A stretch of 64,000 nt of DNA. It comes from Felis catus (taxonomy: Eukaryota). The stretch lies in NCBI RefSeq assembly GCF_018350175.1, contig NC_058374.1, forward strand, positions 136,586,001 to 136,650,000. The letters run 5' to 3'. A program made the translations under genes and the position numbers. Shown in pieces: positions 36,306 through 46,608 of this stretch (positions are counted from its first letter, which is position 1; the number at the start of each line of letters is the position of its first letter). The notes beneath the pieces were generated by a model. It saw only the letters and a program-made list of their open reading frames with translations, was not told the DNA's origin and searched no databases.

Positions 36306-37210
36306 TAAATTTTACATTTTAGATACTGTCACTACAAATAATTGATCACTCTTTGTAAACAGGGGGTCATTCTCGTACCTACTCTAGGATTGCACGTGGA
36401 GAAAGACTGTGCAGGCCCCGTGTAGCCTTTTCGCCTGCTTTCGTGCCCCTCCGGTGTGCTGATCCACTCGTGAGCTCAGTTACGGGCTGTCTCCTTTCGC
36501 GGAAACAGGGATCGAAATCCACTTACCTTGCTCCTGAACAAGATTCCGCGGTGTAGAACCCCGGCACTTAGAATCTTAACGCATCCCGCCCCCTGAACAT
36601 TCCGTGACAGTAACGGCCCACCCTCCGGAATAAACCAGCAGCTCGAAGCTAATTTCATGTCCCATACATCTGGGCAACCTGCAACCCCCCCGCCAATCAC
36701 AGGTAATTCTCTTCCCTAAGAGCCAGGGTCTTGCGGCAGCTTGTAATTAGTGCTGTTTAGCATTTAATTTGCCTTCCGTTCGGGAACAAGCACATACGGA
36801 TGATGTGATAGGAACGGAGCGCCGCACTCAGCCGAGCGGTGAGAAGACGAACGGGCACCGTCCCTCCTTCCGTCGACTTGGGGCTGTGAACGGAGTCTTT
36901 GGCCAGGAAACCTGAGAAGTTACTCAGATGTTTTCTTAACAAATGCAAACCAATATACGATCACAGGGGATTATCACTCCTTCGGAATTCAAGGCTCTAA
37001 CGCCTGGCACGCTCCCTTCTGAGAATTCTGAGAATGGTGGTGACGGGACATAGCAGTCCCCCATGCTCCGGGCTGAGGGTGCTTCTGGCCTTCGCCCCTG
37101 AGGGGGGGCCCAAGTGGCGTAGAGACCCCGGACAGAGGCAGCCACCAGCCACTGAAAGTCAGTCCGTCTGACATGACCAGGAGCCCTCCTGATGTCTGGT
37201 AAAATCAGAG

Positions 37211-37420
37211 GGGGCGCCTGGGGGGCTCAGCCGGTTTAGCATCTGACTTTGGCTCAGGCCATGATCCCACCATTCGAGTTTGAGCCCCGCATCAGGCTCT
37301 GTGCCGACAGCTCAGAGCCTGGAGCCTGCTTCGGATTCTGCGTCTCCCTCTCTGTGCCTCTCTCTCTCTCTCTCTCTCTCTCTCGAAAAATAAACATTAA
37401 AAATTTTTTAAAAGAAATAG
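37211..37420 (+). mobile_element. CAN-SINE
   Basis: ggggcgcctggggggctcagccgg head, CT tract, tail. Confidence 0.92.
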
Positions 37421-40300
37421 CAGGAAAGGCTTTTCCATGAGGCTAAATGGTCCATGAGAAGAGACCGTTGGAGAAGAGAGTGTCGGGCGTGTAGGTCAGG
37501 GCCCCTGAGCAGCACAGCCAGGCCAGAGGGGGCCTGTGCGGCGAGTAACAAATGACGTGCTTGCAGAACAAGGACCTGTGGAGGGGCGGCTGAATTCAGC
37601 AGACAGTGGGAGCGTTCCAGTCATCAAGGTTTCACTGACCGACCACCTCTCAGGAAGCTAACTTCTTTACCCCCAGGAAGAGACATGACCACCCTCAAGA
37701 AGCAGATGGTCACTGGGCACCAGTGAGGGCCAAAGTAGCAGCCCTGGAAGTGGTGGGAGAGGGACATCGGGGCCCTTGGATTAGGACCCCACCTGTACTG
37801 AGCTCAAAGCCTAAATCGGCATCACCCACGTTGAGGAATGGCAATCCGGGCAGAGGGGAACAGCCTAAGTGGACACAGAGGTCCAAACGGCCAGTCGTTC
37901 TTGAGCACAGTGAGATGGGTTCCTAGCCACTAATTGTATTTGGGATTTGTTTTTTCTGGAAATCACACATACCATGGAGTATAAAAGGGGAGAACTGAGA
38001 GACAGGAACACTAGGGGGAAAACAAGATTTCAACCAATCCACTTAAAAGTTTTTTGAGGATGCATAAATTGGAGGAGAGAGAGAGTCTTGCTGGCTCCGT
38101 TGAGAGTCTCTCCTTCTGCAGAGATGGCCTCGCTTGGGTATTTTAGGACTTCTGTTCCCAGCTGGCGCTCAACGCCATGGAGATATGCAAAGATGACAAC
38201 TGTGAAGAGAAGAAAAATGCATTTTCTGGTTGATTTTTATATTTTAAACACATTTCGCATTCTCTGGTGCTTGAAGAATGCTTTTAATAGAGCACAGACT
38301 CCTTCCGTCAATGGTGAGGGACAGATTTAGGGACTGTGGCTCAGACATCCGGTGCCAACTAGCTTGCAGGGATCCAAGCGTGAGAATCAAGTTGTCATCT
38401 GATGTGTAGATTTGGCAAAGGCTCAGCGCGCCTTGGCGATGGCGCCCGCGGGCCCAAGCTTGGGTGGCAGGTGCACCGTGACGGGTTCTCTCTGCCCTCG
38501 CCGCAGAGTCCATGGCTGGCTCAAAGTTCACGGTCTCCCCCACTCGTCAGCTCCTCCTGGGTGGAGTTGACAGACGGTTTGACCGCCTAAGAGTCACAGA
38601 CTGTTCGCACTGGGTGGAGCGTCGAGACCCCTGGGCTGAGACCTCCCCATTAGGAGGTGAAAAGGGGCTTCCCCCCGTGGTCCCGGCGACACCCGAAATC
38701 GGGACCGGGTGCCCAACCCGGTCTAGCGTATCTTATTTCTTCCCACCTGCCGTGCCTCCCGCTGGCCCCTGCCCTACCTACTCCCACCTGGTTCCAGACC
38801 CGGCCCGCGGCCCTCCTCTTACATTAAGCAGTCCCCCCGCTGTCCTTGGTGTCACCTCTCCGTAGCGCCAGCTCTCCGCACCACGCCTTTGCTTCCCGTT
38901 TGCCGAGGCGACGTGCGTGTAAACGGGGCTGGGTTCCGCTGCGTGTACCAGGCAAGCTCGCTGAGCCCTGAACAAGCGGAAGAGACCTTAGAGACTGTTT
39001 ACAACAAAACATCCATTTGGGAGAGACGGATCCTGAGGCTGAGAGAAGGCAGGTGGCTCGCCTGGGTCACGCAGCCAAACACAACTGAACCGGGACTCTA
39101 GAGCCGGGGTCCTCAGATCCCCCACCAGGCGTCTCTCTGTAGGTATCTATCTGAGTGGGAATGAGAGCAGGGTCCCCAGAGGACGTAACAGTGGGGTAAA
39201 TTTGCAGGGGAGAGGCACTGACATCGGGTGTGTCTCCGGGACCCCCACCGGGGCATAGAGTAGATGCTCAAAAAACACCAAGGAAGGAGAAAGGAAGAGG
39301 GAGAAGCGTGGCCACCGAAGGGTCGATGCAGTTCTCAGGGGTCCTGTGTTTCCGGGCTTTGGGACAGAGGGAGGACAGGGGAAGTATGGGCACCAGACAG
39401 TCCATCCCCCAGTTACACCGACATTTGGGAAGCCAGTGAGTGGTCGGGAAGGATGTTCTGGAAGAGGAGGACACCACGGCCCATTGGCAGTAAAGAAAGA
39501 GGTGTATAGAGGTCGGGGCAGAGGCCCAGTGGGGTAGTTCAGGGTCAGGAGGCCAGCCTCGTTCTTGTTTGGGAAGACACAGCCTCTGAGGGCGCAGCCA
39601 GGAAGGTACAGGGCAGATGGCTCTCAGAAAAAGCAAAATCCACTCTGACCATGAAAGATGTCACTCCCTTAGCAATTTTAGGCGCTGATTATATGTCAAA
39701 CTCCAACCTAGGGAAAGACACAGCACGGCCCTGCTTTCGGCGTGGCACTGTCCATGGGGGGTGGGGGAGACAGCTGTAGAACAGTGAGGTGGGCGGGATG
39801 AGAGAGGAAAGCAGGGGGCACCAGGGAGCAGCGGGGATGCTCACAGGCGAAGGCAGGGCTGGGGGTCCCAGCAGGCGGGGCCAGGCCAGGGCAGGGGCCG
39901 GAGGACGTGGCTGGACAGCACTGCCAGCAACGGAACGGCTGTCCCCAGAGGTGGCCAGCTTGTCAGGGACGGGAGGTCCGGCTGTCAGAGACGTCGGTGT
40001 CGGTGGGTAAGGCTGGATCCTCTGACCGACGAAAGTGCCACCCCAGTCTGCAAATGCTCGTTCTACAATGAAGGGTGGGCAATAATGCTGCACGGGAGGG
40101 GCTGGGACCAAACGCTACAGGAGAGCGATGGGCACCCGAGGACCTGACCTCCACCCATTTCAAACAGCAGTCACCGCTCAGGTGGTGGGAAAACTGTCCC
40201 GCACTTGGGACCTCCCAGGACAGACACTGGGCGCCCGGCCTGTATCCCCAGGGCTGAGGCCACAGGAGGGAGGGAGGGAGCGAGGGAGGGACCTCCGGCT

Positions 40301-40499
40301 GTGGCCTGAGGAAGTCTGCTGGCGGAGGGGGCGTGGCCACCAGGGGGGCGGTGCTGATGCTCCATCCCGTGGCCTGAGAAGGGCGTGGCGGGGGGGCGTG
40401 GCCACCAGGGGGGCGGTGCTGACACTCCATCCCGTGGCCTGCGAGGGGCGTGGTGGAGGGGGCGTGGCCACCAGGGGGGCGGTGCTGATGCTCCATCCC
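40301..40499 (+). repeat. GC-rich minisatellite, 3 copies of a 65-68 bp unit
   Basis: Units start at 40301, 40369 and 40434; each has gggggcgtggccaccaggggggcggtgctga(tg/ca)ctccatccc. Confidence 0.95.
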
Positions 40500-41169
40500 T
40501 GGTCCGAAGCCACCACCTCCTGTTAGGTCCCCGCCATGAAGGGGGTATGGACGAAGATGGTCTCCACTGTGTAAATTGCGACACCGGGTCAAACCAGTGT
40601 GGCTGACCTGCTCCTATGGGAGGGCCAGTGAATCTGTGCTGGGAAGCCCTTCCTGGTCCCCCCTCGGATGAAGTGATGGGGGCGCGTGGAGGGAAAACAG
40701 ATGGCGTGTCCCAGATGGCCCAGTGTCGAGCCAGGCCAGCACACACACTGCCGCGGGGCTGCGGCCAAACGCTACTACTTGGGAGTAAAGCCCTCTCTGC
40801 TGGTCCCCCAAATGCTTGTCGCAATCTTGTTGGTCTGTGACCCTGCCGTTTGGGAATCCCGCGGCAGCTGTCCGGTCAAGTCCGCAGTCTTCCCCGGCCG
40901 CTCTCACCTCCTCCACCCGTCCGGGGCCCCCTCGCAAGCTGCACGGCACCTGTGCCTCGAATCATTTTGCCCTCGTCTTAGCTCCAAGGGCCCCAGGCAG
41001 GAACTGTAGGTAATGTGCAGACCCTCACACACGCCGCCCACGAACACGTAGAGCCAACTACTGGGTCAGAAGGGCCCTTGGGATCATCTGAAACAGCCCC
41101 CCACCCCTCATTTTGTGACTGAGTGACTCACACAGCCAGGAGAAAGGCCTTGTAATCCATTTGCTGTCA

Positions 41170-41635
41170 GGGGGCTTTTAAAAATGCAAACCGGTCAGTG
41201 TCCCTTTGATTAAACCCTCCTGTGGCTTCCTAGTTCTTAGGACAAAACCCAAACTCCCGTGACCTGTAAGGCCCTCGGTGAGTTGGCTCCTGGCTACCCT
41301 CCAAAACTGAGTTCCGGCCACACCAGCCTCCTCTCGCTGCCCAGCCCCCTCCCTGCCCTCCCCACCCACTCCTGGGCCCCCCACCCCAGAGGGCCTCAAG
41401 CCTGGTCCCCTCGCTTCCTCCTGATCTCGGCTATCACCGGGTCCCTTGGAGTCCTCTCGAGCTTGACCTCACACAGGTTTTGTGACGGGGGTGTCATCTC
41501 CTCCCCAGAGAGGAACACCATGCAGGCCAGGCCCTTCTGTGCTCCCGGCCGTACCCCCAGCGCCTACAGCAGCCCCGGGGCATCGTAGGTGCTCAAGTGT
41601 TTACTGAATAAACGAGTCCAAGAAAGGAAGTGAAA
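41170..41635 (+). mobile_element. L2 3' end
   Basis: aaatgcaaaccggtcagtgtccc...gtaggtgctcaagtgtttactgaataaa terminus. Confidence 0.65.
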
Positions 41636-42351
41636 GCAAGTCTGCAGGGATGGGGAGACACTTGGTAAATCAGCACTTTGATTACACGGTCCCGCCCTGC
41701 TGCTTGATTCGCCCACTTTGCCTTCATTTGCTTTATTTGCTTTATTTCAGGTGCTTGACAAATGGGCTGGGAGCAGACCCTCTGGGGCAGCAGACTGCAT
41801 ACTCCACTGACTAACTTGGGGCCTGGGATCCAGGGTAATTTCAGAGACCAACATCAGTTCTGGGGTTCCACCCGAGTCCTAAAGGAAAGGTCCCGTCTGA
41901 AAAGAAATGTGCTTTCCAGAAAGCCCCAGCTTTATCAGGTAAAACGATGTCCTGGATTTTCCTGCCAGCAGGAATCAGGAAGGCAGGCTCTGGAATTCAA
42001 AGCGGTCGAGTGTGGTCGAGTGCAATCAGCCGGGTCGGTCTCAACACACCGCCGTGCGCCGCGTGAAACACGGGGTCTCCCCGGGCAGGCCCCACACACC
42101 CCGATCTCCTTTTCCCCAGCCCTCCTTTCGGCCCGTAAGTGATGCCAAAGGTGACCGGACAAATAGCGAGGGGGGATTCACCGCCTGGAAGGTCTAGAGC
42201 GGAGAGAAAGAGCCAAACCAGCGTGGGTCTGAGACCCTCGGCGGCCAACCCCGGGGACCGGGTGTCAGCGGGGCTCACAGTCGCGACTGCCCTGGAAGGC
42301 TACCCCTCTGCACTCATCAGCACGCGCTCAACACGAGGCATGGGACGTGTC

Positions 42352-42357
42352 TTTATT
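42352..42357 (-). terminator. Distal polyadenylation signal AATAAA of SULT4A1
   Basis: Plus strand tttatt; U-rich tract about 60-90 nt upstream (42418-42445) and gtgttg downstream. Confidence 0.8.
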
Positions 42358-43445
42358 AAAGATGCAAGCAAGCACAGACAGATCATGTGTGGTGCTCAGT
42401 AATATCCATACAGTACTAAAAATAGAAAAATAGAAAAGAAATTTCACAGAAAGCAGCCTCCCTCACAGATACACAGAAAAGGCGCAGCCAAGCCCACCAT
42501 GCAATGCCGCATAAAACACCGGCGTGTGTCTGCACCTCTTCCAAGACAGCAACACAGCACAGAGACCCTTACACGTGGTGGCGACCCTCCAGCCACCACC
42601 GGGGGCGCCTGCCGGCCACGTAAACTTCCAAGACGACCCCGGTCCCGCCGCGGCGGCAACACGCACACCGGCGGCCGGCCCGGCCGCTGCCTGGCCGCGT
42701 CTCATCGCTTCCCCAGCCAAATGCGGGCCAGACGACGAAGCAAGGGGTGGGGCGGTGAAGACATCACCTGTGCTCCCGCAGACACACTGGGGTGCAAAGG
42801 CCGTGCGCCCGCAGGTATACTGGGGTGCAAAGGCGAGACGGCCAACCAGTCTGAGTGAAACAGGGCGTTGAACCTGCAAAGTGGCTCTCCCGTGGCCGGG
42901 AGCCTCGGGCGCACACAGAACAGACTGGCCGATGAGCGAGTCTGAGGAACTTACTATGGAGCATCTGCTCGCCAGCATAAAGAGCTCTCTGCCTCAGGGA
43001 ACGAGAGTTCGGGGAAGGAAAACTCAGACTCCACGTACGCTCGGTCTCTGCGGCAGGTTCTCCGGGCACCGCGTGAGAGCCCGTCGGCCGGCCTCCCCGG
43101 CAGGTTCCCTCAAGGAACGTTCTGTTGGTTCCTCCGTATGGGGTGTCTGAGGCCACCCGCTGGGAGGCCCTGGCAGAGGGCCATCCTCCCTGCAGATGCC
43201 GAGCGGACGGTCCCTGCTTTGTTTCAGGAAGGTTACAGAGCACTGAACTCATCGAAAGGAACAGCGGCCCCCACACACCCAACTCCTCCTGTGTCTTCAC
43301 CTCCGAACCGGGTGAGAACAGAACGGCTGTGCCATACAGAACAGAACTACAAAAATAAAGAGTCAACCCTGAGATCTTCCTACCATTTGGGTGTGGCTCG
43401 CTCCTGAGTCCCCTCGGAAATGAACTTCTATTTGGTTTACTGACA

Positions 43446-43451
43446 TTTATT
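43446..43451 (-). terminator. Candidate proximal polyadenylation signal AATAAA in SULT4A1 3' UTR
   Basis: Exact hexamer inside an AT-rich block about 360 nt after the stop codon. Confidence 0.4.
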
Positions 43452-43807
43452 TAGATTTCCAAGTGAAAAGCTCTATAAAATACAATAAATAATGTGGGGT
43501 TGTAAAAGGCAGACGTTCTAGCTGCGTATGTTACAGACTCTATACTTATGATACAGGCCGTCAGAACCGCCAGCTTTACAACGCTTGTGGTCGCACACGG
43601 AGAGACTTCAAAGCCCAAAGGCGACACGGCTGCTCCGGAGGGGAAGCAGGGCCCCCTCTTCCTCCGGCGTCTCGGCCGTTCCCTCCCTCCCCCGGGCCTC
43701 ACGCTGCTTCCGGAGTTCGTCCAGCAAGGAACAAATGAGTGCATACGGGACTTTTAGCTAGTAGAGCGTCTGGGTGCTGTGAGCATGCAAGTTTGCCGTC
43801 GCCGTGA

Positions 43808-43920
43808 TTATAAATAAAAGTCAAACGTCAGGTCACACTTCCCCATCTTCTGTTTGTACACCAAGTCAAACTTCTCGTTCATGGAGACAGTGAAGATGTC
43901 CTTCCACAGCCCGACTCTTC
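43808..43920 (-). CDS. SULT4A1: SULT4A1 terminal coding exon 7 (113 nt CDS incl. TAA), KxxxTVxxxE dimerisation motif
   Basis: (G)RVGLWKDIFTVSMNEKFDLVYKQKMGKCDLTFDFYL*; ttgcag|GA; stop TAA at 43808-43810. Confidence 0.98.
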
Positions 43921-45309
43921 CTGCAACACAAACGAGAGCAGAGTGTGCTGAATTCACTCGCCGCCGGGCCAGATACCGAACCAAAGGGAGCCTTGGAAAT
44001 GGTTCTGGAAGGTTCCAGATCTATTTCTGGACCCTTCTGAGCTTGGCCTAGCGGGGGCAGGACAGGCCACCTGAACCCGTTTCCCTGAGGCTGGTCATCC
44101 TGGTGTCCCTTCCCTGCTGGGTGGGGCCCACGGGCACGGATACGCAGAGCCGAGGCTCGCAAGCAAGGCCTCGGCCCCTGTTCCCTGGCGGATGCCCGGC
44201 ACCCAGGCACAGGGCGGGGGATTCACAACACCCTGGAGGACAGTCAGTCTCCGGGGAGCAGATCTGCTGCTCTAGGCATCGTGTGGACTTGGGTCCTCTG
44301 TGCCAGCATTATTCACTCGACTCGACAGCTCCGCCAAGTTGGCATTTGCTTGTGGAGAATTTAAAAAGGAAAAAAAGAAAAAATCATCCAAAAAGACAGA
44401 ACCTTTCATGGTGAGCAGGAGGCCTCCTGGCTGGGTCAAGGGTGAAGATTTTGAGAAGCCCGCCCCTGCAACCTTGGGGAGGACCTTAAAGGGATCAGAA
44501 GACCCCACTGGAAACGCACTTGCACAACTAGACGCCGAGTGTGTGCTTCGCCCACTCAGCCCCGCGTGGGTCGCGGGCGATCTCCAGTCACTCTTTGCAG
44601 CTCCGGCTCAGGCAAGGGCTCGATCAAAACACAAGACCTTTCCTGGCAGGCGTGCAGGGGCACGGAGCCCGCCGACCAGCGAGCAGGTACGGGCTACCCG
44701 TTCACTCATGAAGTCTTCGGGGAAAGAGAGCTCAAAATGCCTCCCCGAAGCCACTGAACTCACTTTCCTCGTGACCTACAAAATCTCCGGCTGGTCTGGT
44801 CAAATGTGAACGGTGACCGGGAGGGCGGCAGGAGTGGGGGGTTCTAAGCCCCCATCTCCAGGGGCCGTGAAGGCCGTCACCGGGGCACTGCCATCATGCT
44901 TTGGAGTAACACAGCCTCGGGGGACAGAAATGCTCATTTAGAATTCCTTTCCGTGTCAGCATCTCTGAGATCGGAGCTCTGACCGTCTCCAGCAAACAGA
45001 CTTCGTTAGCTCCGTTATAACAGAAGCCCCTGTCCTGGCAGGACCTCAAGTATGAAACTGCAAGCCCGCCAACGCTGAGCCAATAGATCTGCCACGACGA
45101 GGATTTTTCTCGTCGGTAATGCAAAATCAGACATCAGTGTCGGCGAGGAAAAAAAAAAAACCAAACGGGAGAGGCTGTTCTTGCTACCCTCTAATGATAC
45201 CTAAGGGACGAAATTAGAAGCTTCTAGACCAGCCACACTGTAAATATATTTTTCCACGATTATTTTTCTCAGCTGAGGCAGCTGAGAGCTCATCAAAGGA
45301 GTCACCCAC

Positions 45310-45442
45310 CTGGTTTAGGGTTTGGAATCAAGACAGTGCAATATATGCTGTGATATGAATCAAATTTAAGCAACGCAGCTGTCTGCTCAAGCCCTACGTT
45401 CTCACCAACGCAAGGAGGTCTTCTGAGCAAAGAGGCAATGTG
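45310..45442 (-). other. SULT4A1: SULT4A1 poison/pseudo-exon (6p) in intron 6
   Basis: Long polypyrimidine tract and ttttcttttag|CACATT acceptor; in frame with exon 6 gives AHCLFAQKTSLRW-TGA; donors TG|gtgaga (45406) and CAG|gtgggt (45310). The peptide resembles the human short-isoform tail as I recall it (AHCVFARKIFLSW). Confidence 0.85.
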
Positions 45443-46608
45443 CTAAAAGAAAACAAAATCAAAGAACTGAAATAAAGCAAAACCAAGGTAAACAATGATA
45501 AAGCAAACACATCAGAAGGAGCATATGGGCACGCAGTATGTTCTCGCCACTTCGTTACCACGCAAACGAACCAAAAGGGGTATTTTGGAGAAGGTCACAT
45601 CCAAGGATAACAAAACACAGCAAAAGCAAAACTAAAAAAAGAGCAAATAAATTTTAAATAATAAATATTTGTGAAGATGCAGCCAGGGAAATAATCCGCG
45701 AGGCACTGCGGTTTCGGTCGACTGCTCTGCCTTTACAGGAGGGCTCTCCCCGCCTGACCTTGAGAACGGCCGCCTCGGGCCGCCCCGGTCTAGAGGAAGG
45801 GCACAAAGCTGGAGGGGCCCCTCCGCAGGACGCGCCGCAGCGCGCGGCCCGCGGCGCCAGCCCAGGTAGGCCCGCGCGTCCAAGATGCGCAGCTGGCTCC
45901 AGCCGCACTTCCGGGCCGGCCCCTGGAACATTCCGTCACCTGCGGACGCTCTGAATTCACCCAGCTGGGAACCAGAGGCAGGTCTGCGGCACCCAGCGTC
46001 ACGGGCAATTCACACTTGCCAAGAGGGTGGCTGCCGTGGCCACAGCCACCAACCGGGGGACAGGGCATTTATTTTAATGCCCGAGTTCTCCACGGTCAGG
46101 TGGCTTCAAATATCATGAGCCTTGAAGGACAGACAGCAGCCGGGGCGGACCCGGAGAGGGCTCCTTCCTGCCTGGACTGTGTCCTCCGCCTCAAGGTGCT
46201 TCAGGCCCGAGAGCCAGCTCTGTGCCAGGAGCGAGCGCCGGCCTCCGAGAAGCCCGCGCGGCACCAGCACCCACCGTGGGGACGGAGGGCCCATCCACAG
46301 GCCCCGAGCTTCGAAACTTCACAGCCCCGAGCCCTTCCCGGGCTCCACTGGGCGGGGTGTCTGGGAAGGCGTCTGCCTGAAACGTCCGCCCACAAAGCCC
46401 GGGACATCCCAGCCTTCTCCCCGTGACCTAAAAGGCCACCCGCACGGCTACAAGGCAAATGCCAGCAGAGGGCCCCGCGGGGCTCCATCCACAGCAGCCG
46501 GCTTTCGGATGGCCTTCTGGCCCTCACGGAGCAGAGGGCTCTGGAGAAACGTGGCCCGGGGCAGAGGACGCTGACGTGGGGGGCAGGGGGGAGGGGCCAC
46601 GTGCGTAC

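Larger units (their letters stand above)
42335..43807 (-). other. SULT4A1: SULT4A1 3' UTR (about 1.47 kb)
   Basis: Runs from the stop codon to the AATAAA at 42352-42357, followed by CA and a GU-containing downstream stretch; the cleavage site is approximate. Confidence 0.8.

Noticed and set aside
37980-37987. Canonical TATAAAAG in intergenic DNA
   Set aside because: Isolated; the nearby CCAAT is on the wrong side and no exon structure follows.
40301-40499. Repeat array as CRISPR-like
   Set aside because: Mammalian DNA, whole units repeat with no unique spacers, no cas genes; it is a minisatellite.
41737-41750. 14-nt exact reverse complement of the poison exon alternative acceptor (45467-45480)
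   Set aside because: Low-complexity 14-mer; several such matches are expected by chance in 64 kb, and it lies beyond the poly(A) site.
42591-42610. CTCF-like ccaccaccgggggcgcc in the 3' UTR
   Set aside because: Needs several mismatches in the 5' half of the core.
45255-45300. Hammerhead- or C/D-box-like string UGAUGA-hairpin-GAAA on the minus strand
   Set aside because: Core C3 is missing, the G10.1-C11.1 pair is absent and stem I cannot form; C and D boxes are too close for a snoRNA. Only the hairpin is retained as a finding.
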